A DNA stretch of 61,243 bases, counting the filler, from Porpidia crustulata (Eukaryota): assembly GCA_964255105.1 (NCBI GenBank). It is 8 parts of 8 records of this genome, joined end to end, with 100 filler letters (N's around TTAATTAATTAA, not from the genome) between each part and the next. Parts side by side here need not be neighbours in the genome. Positions count along the whole stretch, not along the records: positions 1 to 7,582 come from CAXUWE010001287.1; positions 7,683 to 15,258 come from CAXUWE010001288.1; 6 more parts are not named here. One strand, 5' to 3'. The first letter of the stretch is position 1. Every line of letters starts with the position of its first letter. Below, in pieces: positions 1 through 13,298 of this stretch. Both the position numbers and the translations under genes were made by a program. Under the pieces are notes generated by a model. It worked only from the letters and a program-made list of their open reading frames with translations, searched no databases and was not told the origin of the DNA.

Positions 1-3000
1 CTCCCTGATAACCCCCTCCATAAAACCCCTCTGCCGCGCACTCATACTCCCGACCGCGCCTTTGAACGCGCCGGAGTGCGCGCTCGCCAACTCGAGCAGG
101 CGGGTCGCGGCTTCTTTATAGGCGGTCTTGGTCGCTCTGTGGTCGCTGCCTTCGGCCGCAGACGCAGAGGCGCGAGAGAGCAGCATGGGGATGATGATGC
201 CGAGAGCGGTTGCGGCGCGGGAGCCGTCGAGGGTGATGGCGAAGGCGGTCAAGGCGTGCGCGGTGAGGGCGCGGGCGTTTTCGGGGTCGGGCTCGGAGTC
301 GTTGGTGGTGAATTTGAGGAGGCGGGGGAAGACGTAGCGGGCGATGGCCTCGTCCGTGGGGTTCTTCGGCGTGACGAGAAGGAGGGAGCGCAGGCATCCT
401 GCGGCGACCTTTGCGAGACCGAGATCTTGGAGGCAGTCGAGCATTTCTTTCAAGAGGCGTGTGATTAGTGGGTCGTTGGGTGCGAAGGCGCGAGAGGCGG
501 TGGTGAGGAGGATGGTGCAAGCGAGAAGGGTGTTTTTGGCGCATGACAGTGATGCGTCAGATTCACGGCGTTGAGCGTTGGAGAGGATGGAGAGGAGACG
601 GTGGAGGCAGCCGCGGAGCTGGTCGGTGATGGTTTGGGAGGGGAGAGATGCTGCTGGGAATATGCTCTGAATGAAGCGTCGAAAGATTGGAAGGGCTTGA
701 GGGACAATGGCGGCTTGGCAGATGCCGGTACCAAGAATAGTAGCGAAAATGTGAAGTATGCTAGCATGGAGGTCTGTCTTGATAATTGGGGGAAAAATGT
801 CCGAGGCGTCGACAAGGGCATCGAGAGAAATTTGGACCAGGGAAACGGCTTCATTGGTGAGTATCGGGCGGTTTGATATATGTTCTGCCAGGTTCGGGAG
901 AACGCTGGCGAGGATAAGGACGATAATCCGCGTAAGTTCGAATAGCTGCTCTGTACCTTCCGAAAGGTCTTCGCCCCCTTCTTCGTCTACTGCAGCAGAA
1001 GGATGCGTAAGACATAGATTCTTGGCAATATCAACTATAATCAGTTGCACGTCGATCGCCTCGGTGAGCGCTAAACGATCGAAAAGCTCAATGGTCTCGG
1101 AGAACACCACATCCTGGAAAACGGCGTTACCGGACACCGACGGTCGGAGGATTTTTCTTAGAGCAGAAAGAATTCCAAGTGTCTGGGATTCTGCGCTAGG
1201 AGAATCGTTGCTAGAGCGAGTCACTAATGCCTCTATCGCAATGCCAAAGAGGACAAAGAAGAAAGCAACAGGTTCCTCGCGATAATTGATATTGCTTTCT
1301 GCAGATTTCAAGCCGTTGACTTGTACACCATCAGATTTACCATCTAATGCGTCAAATACAAAGCCTCTGTCCTGGTCAATGAGACTCGCAATGGCATCCA
1401 CGAGCTTAAGCCAAGAATCTTGGTAGAACTATCTGACAGTCAGCTTAGGTACAGAGAGTATTTCGAGATTTGCACCCACCTTCAACAGCGTCTGCCGGTT
1501 CAGAGCAGCGTATACAACATCAAGGTTTTCATCCGTAGAGGTAGGACCAGTGTTGTTCGAGATGTCTGGTTCAAACCTTAGGCGTGCAAATTCTTGCAAC
1601 GAAGATAGCCATAGTGGAGTTAGCTTCGTGATATAAGGCTCCATTACCTTTACCAGATACTTTTGCTCCGTGCTGGCGACTTGAAGTTCGGCCCAAGCAG
1701 ACAAGACAGCCATTTTAACCATTGTCTGAGCAGTGGAGCTAAGTCCACGTAGATCGCCTACTGCCGTCTCCTCGGTTTCACCTCAGACAAGTCAGCATAA
1801 ATCATCAGATCAGAATAAATGATAACCTACTGGTGAAGCTGTCAAGGGCGGCCACCAATAGCTTTAATATTCTTCCCATACGATCGACATCTTTCACGAG
1901 GCCTGTGGCAATGAAAGTAGCACAAACTTCCACAGCCGCCGAGGCAAGATCCGGCGATGAGTCGGAACTAAATGCTGGTGTCAAGGCTGAACTAATCTGT
2001 GCCTGGTATTGCTCGAGCAATAAGGCTTCAGAGTAGTCAGGGTCCGGCATGGTTCCAAAAATCTGCGGACCGTTAGCATTCCGTTTTGGTGTAGTCTTGG
2101 AAAGGTTGTAGTACCGTCAAGACTTGATCGATCAATTTGAGACCCCCAACACAGAGCTCATTCACAGAGGAAGTCGATGCAAGAAATGCCATCCGGATTA
2201 CATCAGCAATTCGGTGCTGCAACGCATGGCCAGCCTCTGAATTCGGATCTAGTTCCATATCTCTACCAACTATTGCTATCAAACTGCTGAGGCACTGCAT
2301 GGCAAAAGATCTAACTTGCCACCGCAACAGCTCTTGGGTAGCCTCTATGGTCGTGCTAAAGTTTTGATCCTTTCCTTCAGTGGTATTGAACCCGGCCGCC
2401 TCTTCGTCTTGAAAATCCGACACAACAGCTGGCTTGATCCCCTCAGGGGTTGCAATCTGAACTTGCTTCGAGATTGTCTTGGTCAAGACCTGTTGGCAAC
2501 GCACGACCCACTTGCTGGTCTCGGCGAGACTTGATTGTCCGAGCCAGGCTTGACAAATGTTGCGAATTCCTTCTTGTTCGGGATTCTCATTTAGAGTAGA
2601 CCACAGTTGATCCTCCAGGCTTTCTTCGGCAACCTGAAGAACCTGTCGAGCATCACGCCTCACCAAGTTGTATAATCCATCAACTGCAATTTCGCGCAAC
2701 ATTTGATGCCGTGAATCAAGGCACTTCTGTAGCTGCCGCACGTAGGTTGTAAAGTCGACGTGTGCAGAATCATACAGATATGTATGTTCCCAGGCACGTA
2801 AACCCTCGGCTTGGATCATCTGTATATCGTCTATATCAAATTGCTTGATTAAGGAAATCATGAGCTCACGAATTTTGCTCATGTCCTGAAGATCGGGGCC
2901 GAGAACATTAATTAGGGAATCAATGTTATGAGCGATCATCATAGTAGTTGGCAATTCCAATTCATAGTTCGAGGTTGCAAGTAAGGCGGATTCTTCGTTA

Positions 3001-6000
3001 TGAGTATCACAAGTCCAGAGTTGGGCAAGAAGACCAAGCGTGCTAGATACATACGCGGAGAAAGTCAAGCCTGCCGAATCGGCGATCCGAGACAATGCAT
3101 CAATTGCGCAGAAGTGGACGACAGGATTTGGATCACTGCACAAGGACATCAGAACGCCGTGAGTTTTCTTAAGGTGAAAGCTTGCCGCCATGCCACCAAC
3201 ATGTGCGTGGATCGAACCCAGGGCCATTGCACACCCCGCCCGGGCGTTGGGATCACGATTCGCTACAATTGTGTCGATTAAAAAGTTGATCTCATTTGTA
3301 GTGAAAGCATTCCCAGAGCTATTGCATAGTCTACCCAGGGCCTCGTAGGCGACTTGGCGAATGTACTCATCCTGGTCGATGACTAAAGCCTATACTTATC
3401 ATCAGACTGCCTATTCAGTGTTAAGTACATAAGGAATCACCCACTCGTAGGAGTTCTTGGAGGCATCGTTCGACACTTGGACTCACGAGATCTCCAGACT
3501 CTGCAGCCGTCTCACCCACGGCGACTTTCAGAGCTCCCAAAAGTGCCATGGCAGTATTTATAGTGACAGCTGCCTTTCGGCCAGGATATCTCTGCAGAAG
3601 ACCCGAGGACAGGCACGTGGCAAGCTGCTCCAAAACGCCCTCCTGGATGTTCGGACTCTGTAAAGGAAGCGCCGCTGCAAACAACGCAATCGCAGAATTG
3701 ACGATTTCTGTGGCAGGTGGATCAGGAAGCTCTTCATTTTGACTTTGTGCGTAGAGGTAGATCGAGTCATGCTCACGTGCTCCACAAATAGGGGTCAGAA
3801 TCTTCAATAATCAGCAAGTATATGCCTCACAGAAATTGATCACATACAGCTTCATCAAATGCCGAGAATTCATCACTTCGGATGAAGCAATGAGAGGAAT
3901 GTACCGCGTTGTACTGCCCTGGCAGAGGGCTTATACATGGGCCCTTTACTAAGCCTGATATGCCAAATCCGGAGTTGTCCGCGATATCCCAGATGCTGTC
4001 GAAATTCCCCGACGCATTAGCAATCGACGAGCCCAAGGACCCAGGTGTGTAGCTACCAGAGTCGGCAAATAAGGTCACAGCCAATGTCAAGAGGTTTGAA
4101 TGTGTCAGTATTTCACTGCTGGCATGAGGAATGAAATTCACTAGTCCAGTGTAACATTGAAGCACCCTCCTACGAACCATTAGTGTAAGATCTTGAATCT
4201 GGAGCGAAGTGCCGCTCTGACGGAGCGTGGTGTCGATGCTCTTCGTAGAGGGGAAATTTTCTAGGAACTCCATTGTATTCTGCAACATCGTTGCGATCCG
4301 AGCAGATACATCAGTTGTAATTAATTTGCTATTAAATTCGATGAATGAGAGGACCGAGCCTAACGCGCATTCTCTTACATGCGTCAAATAGCCAATTTCA
4401 GCAGACTGCCGCTGTCCAGTATTTTCTCTTGTCAGCGGCTTTGGCAGAGCATTTCTCCAAAGTAAAAGCAGTTGCGATATGTGGACTTTGACGAAATTAG
4501 GGCCAAGTGTCATGAGACCGCCAATCAAAATCCATGCCACCTGAACTTGAGTACCAGATACACGGAGTTCGGCTTGACTGCTTGATTTTAATAGATTAGT
4601 TGCTGTAGACAACACTCGAGAGCTGATTTCCAAGGAGCCATGGAGAGGTTGTAAAGGTGATATGCTGAGAACTGCAGACAGCCCGTTGGCATTTCCTATA
4701 CATCTGCGATAGGTTTGCCGACCGTTGGCAAGCAGGCCCAGTTCTCTATTGAGCCCGTTCATACAGATTGAAGCGCAAGGAAGTAGCTGCTGCGGACATG
4801 CTAGTACGAAGGCTCGCAGGCAGTATGACACGTATATTTGTACGGTATAGCTAGAATGCTGCAGGACTTGAATAAGAGCCTCACGACAGCTATCGCCAAG
4901 ACTGCTAAACGCCGAACCTAAGGATTTGATGAGCGGTGCTAGAGCATCAAGTGCACCAACGAGAGTGTGCTTCGTAGGCTGTGCCCTTTCTTTGATGACC
5001 TGAGGATAGTTTTTGAGCACGCCGTTGATCAGCATCTTCGCTGCGCTTATTCTTCCGGTCTCCCCAAGAATCTTAGACCCTACACAGTCGACTAGGATCT
5101 TGCGTACAAATTTCCTTGTCAGCAGAACCCGATACCTGTTGTGAGCGATAGATGGACTACTCATGAGGTCTATTAGGAGATGATCGGCAATCCTTCCGTA
5201 GTTCGACTCTACTACTCCACTTTCCAATTCGGACAAGGTCATCACATAACAGTGAGCAATGGCAGCTCTGGCATTATTGCTTGTAGATGATCGTACGTAT
5301 TGCACAGAAAGCTGGCTCAGCAAACCAGGGAGGCTAAGTTCAAGCTGAAAAGTATTCTTCTTTGAAGACGATGGTGACTCTGGACGCTGGATTTGATCAC
5401 CACCTTCCTCAACCGAAGCCGATTGTGCTTTGCTGGACTTCTTGGGTTTCTTCGCTTTAGTCGCTGACCTTCCCGACACAGTTTCCGAGTACGATTTCAC
5501 CAAGATAGATGCCAGGCACGAAGCTGCCGAATGCCGAGTAGCGGGTATAGCGCTATCGCATGTTCTCCAGATTGCAGTCTTCAGACTCTCAAAGTCGCTA
5601 GTGTTGTCGAAGTAGACGGTAGCTCTGATTAAACGCTTAAGACATTGGCATGCACTCACTTGAACCAGCGCTGCCTTGTCTCCAGAGGCCGCCGTTCTTG
5701 CCTGTTTCCAAATATCACGTGCCACATTCTCATCGACAGCCCCTTGCAATGCTTCCACAATCTTGCCAAGCGCTTTGAAAATGGCCGCTCTTAAGCCCAC
5801 ATGACTCTGTGCAGTCTTGAGCAGACGGACTAGGCTCGAGCAGCATAAGCTTGCTAGACTGATAGCGCTGTCTCCGGCGGCCTTGTATATTTCCCCCAAG
5901 CAATGTACGGCTGCATGTTTTGTTTGAAGTTCCTTCTCACCCTTACCTGCATTGATAATTGCCAACAGCAAGTTGATAGACTCGTAAAGCGACTTTCGAT

Positions 6001-6328
6001 CCCCCTTACCCAGTAGGCGTGCAAAGCATCTTCCGAGACTGTTTCGGATGACTCTGGTTGGCGCAGGAGAGGATATATTGATAATTTGGTGAAGTTCTTT
6101 ATTCAGAAGCACCTGGTGAGAGCATAATCCGTCGTGATCTAAAGAGTTTACGAAGCCTTCGAGGTCCTGCGTAAAGGTGAATATATAAAAGTTCTGCTGC
6201 TCCGAGGGCAGGGAGTGCAATTTCTGAACATTGAGGTTGTTGGTTGGAGCAAGACTATTGATGGAGCTATTCTCAGCTGCACCAATACTGCCATTAGTGG
6301 ATGGAGATGCCTCCTGAGCTACGGACAT
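1..6328 (-). CDS. LAA1: HEAT-repeat AP-1 accessory protein (Laa1/HEATR5 family), multi-exon, 3' end runs off the contig start
   Basis: Collinear minus-strand ORFs 3827-6328, 3421-3807, 2073-3227, 1805-2050 and 1429-1722, plus a last exon from about 1428 to 1, separated by short GT-AG introns. Motifs include ALGSIHAHVGGMAA, LLEQYQAQISSALTPAF and VKMAVLSAWAELQVAS. Confidence 0.9.
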
Positions 6329-6480
6329 GAGTTGAACCTTTTAACAGCGAATGTTGTAGGGAAACATGAGAGGTGATTGAGCTTCAATGCTTTGGGTAGA
6401 TACGGACGCGACGTCCTTACCCTAAACCTTAGATTCGGATATGATGCTGCGACATGCAATACTTTTAGTTACTACAGTCC

Positions 6481-7411
6481 ATGGCAACAGTGGCTCGAGG
6501 CCACTCTCTATGTCTTCTCAAGATCCCACAGCACAGACTTTCGAGCTGCCGGCGCTTTTCAACTGCAAAAATAGTGCGCTCAGGGCATAGTAAGTGGTCA
6601 ACTATTAAACATGACAAGGCAAAAGTAGACGTAGGTTTCCCGCTGTTGATTTAACAGTCCGACGCTGACAATTAGACCCAGGCAGGAAAAGCCAGGCTGC
6701 GCGCCTCTATAGCGCACGAGATAACTTCTGTTTCAAAGTGTATTTGCACTGTCCAAAAGCTTTCCCTCACATGCTCTCTTACTCACGCATTACTCAGTAT
6801 ATGGCCCAAATCCAGACGACAACCCACAGCTCGCCGCACTCATCGCTTTGGCGAAGAAGCAAAGCTTCCCGAAGATATCCATCGAGAATGCTATCGCCAG
6901 GGGCCAAGGAATCTCCTCCAAGGGCACGGCTCTGGAGAGTTTAACCGTCGAAGCCATCATCCCCCCATCAGTCGCCACCATAATTGAATGCCAGACGGAC
7001 TCCAAAGCACGTACGCTAGCAGAAGTCCGAAATGTCATTAAAGACGTCGGCGGTTCGATCGCCCCTACCATCCACCTCTTCGAAAGAAGGGGAAGGCTTG
7101 TGTTCGAGAACGCGCGACGCCTGAGCGAAACCGAAGTCTTCGACAAGGCTATTGAAGCTGAGGCGACGGATGTCTTTGTGGAAGAAGATGGCAGTCTGGT
7201 GGTGTATACCGAGCCGCACCAGACGAAGGCGACAGCTCAAACCTTGTCAGATAAATTGAGACTCAAAGTCCAGAGCTCGGAATTAGTCTGGGATCCCAAA
7301 GAAGAGACCAAGGTTGAAGTGGACTCTGCGGACGTTCTGGAAGCGTTTTTGGATCGGATCCACGACGATCCGAGCGTGCAGGGTGTGTATGTGAATGCCA
7401 ACCAACCTTGA
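6481..7411 (+). CDS. YebC/PmpR-family (TACO1/Dpc29-like) mitochondrial translational activator
   Basis: The ATG at 6481 gives a basic presequence followed by SGHSKWSTIKHDKAK, the YebC N-terminal motif. Two short introns follow, then the ORF with ...ISIENAIARG...IECQTDSKART...LFERRG... Confidence 0.85.
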
Positions 7412-7582
7412 GTGTGTATGAGGACATGTAGGACGATATTGCGTCCAGAATGTACAAACAGACTTATGTATAACTGCCGAGGATAGATAGCTTGTACATA
7501 GAGGAGGATATAGTCCAGCAATTTCCAGACCGTACCACCCAAGCCAACCATGCCCATGACTCCAACCCCTCATAACGCACAC

Positions 7583-7682
7583 NNNNNNNNNNNNNNNNNN
7601 NNNNNNNNNNNNNNNNNNNNNNNNNNTTAATTAATTAANNNNNNNNNNNNNNNNNNNNNNNNNNNNNNNNNNNNNNNNNNNN
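7583..7682. other. Artificial contig spacer (N-run with TTAATTAATTAA)
   Basis: 100 nt of N with a six-frame stop linker. Confidence 0.99.
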
Positions 7683-8190
7683 TGTTTATTGGATGGGTGG
7701 CTTGGTCGCGCTGGGAGAGGATTTGGGTTGATTAAGGGGATGTGGTAGGAAGAGGTTGATGAGAGTTGAATGGTTGTGATGGGATTGAAGAAGGAGTATG
7801 CGTGGATATTGGTGCGGCTTGCAGTGAAACCGGTTGGTCGTGTGATGAGATTGTAATTCCTGTGGACTTTGATCATTATCGACTATATTGTGTTCAACAC
7901 TGTAGTGTGGTTAGATAGGAAAGTCTGTTGTCAGATAATCGCGAAACAGTGATTGAAAGGGATGATGTGAAGGATTTCCTGATACTATGATGAATCCACA
8001 TGAGCCAGGAAATTTTTACAAACGATCTTGTAACATTTTATTCATACATCTGAAGAATTTCTAACGTCTCATGTGCACAACTTCGGCGCTTTTGAAATGA
8101 GTATATTCGGTGCGGCTGCTAAGAATAACAAACAAAGTCAAGAAAGGAAACTTACAATAACAAAGCCCATCTGGTCATTGCACCTCCATA

Positions 8191-8511
8191 TCATCCAATC
8201 AAAGCATCCCCCTTTTCACCGTCCACGTTCCAAGCATGATGTTCCGCAAACTTAGACATTTCATCCTTGTCCTCGTCATTAGCAATCCCAGCTACAAGTC
8301 TTTCGTAATCCTTCCACAGCGATGGAGGAGGATTGGACTCCCCCCATATCGGGTTGTTTTTCTCGGCAGGCTGATCTTCGAAAAGGTACTTGCCTTCGAG
8401 GTGGCCGAGCGGAAGCGGACACAGAGGAGAGTAGCAGAGAGGAGGGGTTTTGTTGCTATTGGATGTTGTGATTTTGCGAAGTTTTCCGAGGGCTTTCTTG
8501 AGGGGACTCAT
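8191..8511 (-). CDS. Small hypothetical protein (MSPLKKALGK...)
   Basis: Distal part of ORF 8191-8808 has protein-like composition; no family recognised. Confidence 0.3.
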   Translation of the reverse strand: MSPLKKALGKLRKITTSNSNKTPPLCYSPLCPLPLGHLEGKYLFEDQPAEKNNPIWGESNPPPSLWKDYERLVAGIANDEDKDEMSKFAEHHAWNVDGEKGDALIG

Positions 8512-8998
8512 GATGGGAAAAGGGGAAGAGAGGTTGAATCTTAGGGTGTGGTGGAGAATTGTGCTAGGAGTGTTGAATGTACAGAAGGTTCGAGGAGATG
8601 GTTGAAGGATTGGAAAACCCGGCATGATTAACATGTATTTTGGAAATGCGCCGAACAATGGCTTGTGGTAAGATTTCGTATGGTTTTGAGATAAAGCAAA
8701 GATAAATGTCGACGACAAGACTAGAGTGGGACAAAGGGTCTTATCTGCCATCAAGGAAAACGACTTCAGATATTCAATCCTGCGAGTAGTGTACTCATTC
8801 GTGGACATAGGTATGGAACAAAGACATTCCTTTGATCCTCGCAGTGATCCCTTGTCTTCTCATATTATGAAGGTAGAGTACTGGCAAATTTAACAAGGGC
8901 GGCGAAGCCCAACAAACCTTACCTCTACGAACTCAGTCAGCCTTGCCATCACGAACTCTGAAACCTTGAGATGATAGCTGAGTCATTTGGCGCACCGG

Positions 8999-9825
8999 TC
9001 AAAACCTAATAGCTATCTCCATTTCTGTTAAAGTTCGATCAATAAATCGGTCGAGAAGGAGGCTCTCTCGCCCTGGCCGTGATGTGATTAAGTCCTCCTG
9101 TTCGTAAATATACCTCCCGGCCGCTTCCGTGACGGGCTTATTGTTCTCCATGTAATTCATAACACTCTTCCGCTCCCAGGTCGATGGACAAATCATATTC
9201 GTTAATCCTTGATCATGCAACAGAAGTTGACCTATACGAAAAGGAGGGCCGAATCAATCTCCCCATCGCCTGCAGATGACAACAAATCCACTGTATACGA
9301 GGACCTTTTTTTCCAGCTGAGCCAACAGCTGCGTTCGGGTAGTCTGCTCACCCACATCGTGCCGATGGCTCTTGATTCGCGACTTGAGCCGCTTCTGCCC
9401 CTCAGCGTTAAGGGAATCAACGGCATCCATTGTATCCAGTGTCTCCTCCATGGTCCTGAACTCATCTTGTTTGTGAAGTAGTAGGCGCGAGAACACGACG
9501 CCGAAAAGTCGGCAGATCATGGAGCGCTCATCGTTGTTGAGTAGGTATGCTAGTGAAGGATACCCGTTCGGATAATCCTCAACTGGAGAGCGTTATCGAT
9601 CCGTTGGCGATGTTTGACAATGCTTGGACCACATGGCTCACCCGTCCTCACGCGCGTAAGTTCTCTATGACTTGGCCTCTTCCGGGTCCCGCCCGCAAAT
9701 CTTTGACCTGCTGAACGGAGCGTCCGGGGATGGATCCTGTTTGGGGAACTTGGACTGGGTGTGACACTACTTGTGGGATGAATGGGTTGAAGCTCAATAT
9801 CCGCCCGCTCTGGGTCCGTATCCAT
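8999..9825 (-). pseudogene. DUF6594-like protein, apparently truncated
   Basis: Spliced reading gives VEDYPNGYPSLAYLL...RLFGVVFSRLLLHKQDE...YIYEQEDLI..., typical of the DUF6594 N-terminal half. It stops at 8999 and no C-terminal transmembrane helices are seen downstream. Confidence 0.55.
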
Positions 9826-10231
9826 TTTTGGTTGTTGGACTGGAGGATACTCCAGCCACGCAATTCACCTCCTACCTAATGTAACGGCCTATGTGGTTTG
9901 GGTCTTTGTTACTACCCTTGCTAACCCACATAGTGAAGAGTGAGTTTGATGATCGACGACTGTGATGGAAGTTCTTATGGCTTTCGGCAGTCCGACTTGT
10001 AGGTACATTGAGTGGCATCTCATGGCAAGCTGCAGGCCTAATTCCATCGTGCATTGCGGCTAAGTCATATCAGGCAACACTCGGTCATCAGACTACTGAC
10101 GAGGCTGGCCGCAGAAGCTGATGACACTAAATTCTTGACCACGCTGGAGACTCCCTAGGATGACTTCTCCGAAATATACTCAAAACATTGAGACTGAATC
10201 ACCTTAAAAGGCTCGGTTTGTGTTCCTTAGT

Positions 10232-10513
10232 CTATTCAAAAGGATTACAAACTGTAGCATTTTCGCTAATGAACTCAATATGTAAACGGTTTTTGAGACT
10301 AGGCTCCTCGAACACATGATTTGAGGGTACGAGCCGACTGAATTTCGCATTGAGCGCCTTGAGATCCTTGGTAATCCTCTCGATATCAGCATTCTCAATG
10401 AGAATGCCATCTACCGAACTGTAGAGCTGCTTACTGTTAGATATCACCTTTCCGGAAAAATCCACGAATTGTAAAATATTGCCGGCCAAGCCGATGGTAG
10501 CAAGAATTTCCAT
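10232..10513 (-). pseudogene. Isolated N-terminal (SesA/HeLo-like) fragment of a fungal NACHT/STAND-type gene
   Basis: MEILATIGLAGNILQFVDFSGKVIS...DGILIENADIE resembles the N-terminus of fungal NLR-like proteins; no P-loop domain follows. Confidence 0.6.
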
Positions 10514-11814
10514 CCCGCGGTGTCATTACGTTGGGAACAGCAGGTGATAGATGCGGCTCGTAGGAAGTTTACAGAGTCACGAAGAAGATTCGTCAGGTCA
10601 ACCGTAAGGCGAAGTAAAGCAGAAAATAGCTTTCCTAGTCGCCCGCATTGTAGCGGTGTAAAGTACTTTTTGCCCAATTCCCTCTAAAGATTACGTCGAG
10701 ACAGATTTTTGCGTCTGAGGCAAACCTACAGCCTTGCGGGATAAGTCCGTTTTGCGCTGGCAAGGCACAAAATCTCGGCTTCCTATTTGCCACTGATCAC
10801 CGCCCTGCAACGGCATCCGATTTCGACGACAACTCCGGGTAACGTTCCTGCGTGTAGCGGCGGGCAGCGGAGGAGGCACGAAACAGCAATACAGAAGAGC
10901 ATGGTGAAGGCGGTTGACTTGCGTAGATGTGGGATGCTGATAGTGGTCCAAAAGGTTTGTCCTCTTCGCGGCCAGTTGCCCTGCCAACGGGTCACGTCCT
11001 GTAATAAACTAACCAAGGCTAGGTAATCGTGGGCACCTACCTCCGGTAGTCGAACTTTGCGAGAAATCTCAGGACTTCTTCAATATTAGCATATATAGTG
11101 CATAGTGAGAGGTTGCACACACAATGGTATTTGATGTAGCTTGTATCTACTTGGCGAATATAGGGGTGCTTTTGTGGACTTTCCGCCCTAATAGTAGGCT
11201 GATCACACCGATCTTCGAAACTTGATTCCTAAATTATGGTCAATGCCTTCGATTGAAGATCTTCAAGGCTAAGTGGTCTGAAATTTCCTACATCCTCATG
11301 CTGATCAATATCCAACACCAACCTACTCACCATCACCATCACCATCCCAGACGCACAAGAAACCCCCCCAACCCAATATCCCCCAGTAATCCACCCATCT
11401 ATCCCACCACCCCAACCACGCCCGTGACGGCGATATCCAGGCCAGAACTCCGCAACGTGAAAGCAGAATCGGCGTAAGAAAACGCGGTCCTGAGCGACTG
11501 ACTCTTGCGCGGTAGGTAAAGGGGGAATAACGCTGTTTACAGAGCGCAAGACATCTCTAACGCATGCGGCATAGGTAGGTGGGGATTCGAGCGCGTGGGA
11601 AGCGCTGACGCGTGGGGATGAGGTGCTGCGTAAAGTATAGCCTATAGGTATGTGGGTCGTGGGAGACTATTACCTTTGTGACCGCTGCTGTGGTACCACG
11701 AAAATATGTACGCATACTAGGTATGAAGAAATGTTTGATTACGAATATCTGGAAGACCTAATTGGATGTACCACCAGGCTGAAATATGCCCTCCCGATGC
11801 TAAAAAAACACTCC

Positions 11815-13298
11815 CTAATGCCGATACCCTGTCGCCGTTTCTAGATCCTTCATTGCATACTCGTGCGTAGCTGCCGAGTACATTGATTTCTCGGCTATTC
11901 TCGCATGCGTAGATTCGGCACTGGATGCTTTGATCTCACTATACTGCTCGCCTGGATACCTACTACGCGTAGAGAGTTGCTTTGAACCTTTGGTTGACGT
12001 CTGGGTCAAGTCTAGAGGAGTAAATCCTAGAGAAACGCGTATTTTGCTTATGACGGATTTCGTGGAGAACAATTTGAAGAGCCCATGTACGGTAGGAAGG
12101 CACGCTGCGATGAGTGCCAGGCCCGCTTCGAGCAAGCACCAGTAGAGCTGGACTGTGATGGCTTCTGTGATGCTCAATTAGATGGAGAAAAGAACACGAA
12201 GACAGGGCTGGACATACGGTTAGTGTCAACGCCGATGGTGGCGGGGAAGGCCGCAAGCAATTTTATATAGACGACAACTCGGGCGATGGACGCAGCAACA
12301 GCCCTAACGAAACCTTTAGCATGGCGATAGTGGGCTTGCTCTAGAGCTGAGAAGTTCACTCACGCAGCTCCGAGAAGCATAATGCCAGTCACCCCAATCT
12401 TTTGCCTGACTGTAAGATGAAGCTTCCAGATCTGCAGATTGATAAGCTATACGTCCCCGAGACAAGCGAACCATGGCTGAACGACTTACTGGTACGATTG
12501 GTAGGCAGATAATAAACACGTCGATCAGGAGGTCGGAAATCATGAGGCCAATATGTTTGCTAGTCAATGAGACAGGACAATGTAATCGTGCGTCAGGAGA
12601 GCCCCAATTAGCCCACACGGGAGCCCCGCAACCAAAGATGATGAGGAGAATGAAAACCAATGTCCATATCACAACGAGTATGGCTGTGACTCGACACACA
12701 ATCCCAAAAGGAGCGCGCTTGGTTGGAGAGAGGACTCGATTGTAGAAGGCGATGGCGCTGAGCTTGATGAGTCCATATGCCGTCATCATCAGAACCTGGA
12801 ATGGGAATTCAATCTACTCGGACAAATTAGTTTGGTTTGAAGAACGAGGTTCGGGGCATGGTCCACCTCCTCTGCCATCTCCGATGTTGGGTCTAAATAC
12901 GCAAGCAGCCGGTCGCCAGTAAGATCTGCTGGTGTTGGAGGAGTCGGATAGCCCATAACCCCTGCTCGAGCTCCTAATGATGCCATAAGCCATGATTTTT
13001 GTCAGAGCAGGCAGTTACTTACCAGCCACAAGACATGCACCCATCCCTATAATTGCGAACTATGGTGGGTGTTAATATCACCTAATCGTACTTCAGCGAC
13101 TGATGGTAAAAGCCTTACCAAACTGCCTGCACTCAACCAGTCATCGAGACCGATGATGTTCTTTTGGAGAAACCGCGTGAGAAAGCGCAGACCAACAACG
13201 AAAACGCAAATAACTGGAATAGCAATGCCGATACCAATGGTTGCTTTGGCATCGACGAACTTGTAGTTCGAAATGGTCTGCACACCGTTGGTAGCCAT
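11815..13298 (-). CDS. PTH11-like (fungal rhodopsin-domain) integral membrane protein / GPCR, no CFEM domain
   Basis: Exons encode VVGLRFLTR...GLDDWL, GVMGYPTP, GLIKLSAIAFYNR, SDLLIDVFIICLPIV and YWCLLEAGLALIAACLPT, with GT-AG introns between them. Confidence 0.85.

Noticed and set aside
76..1285. Several overlapping plus-strand ORFs
   Set aside because: Antisense to the last LAA1 exon, which the ORF track misses because it lacks a stop inside the window
7627..7638. TTAATTAATTAA recurring every ~7.66 kb, resembling a regularly spaced repeat or array
   Set aside because: Always embedded in N-runs; it is a synthetic six-frame stop linker
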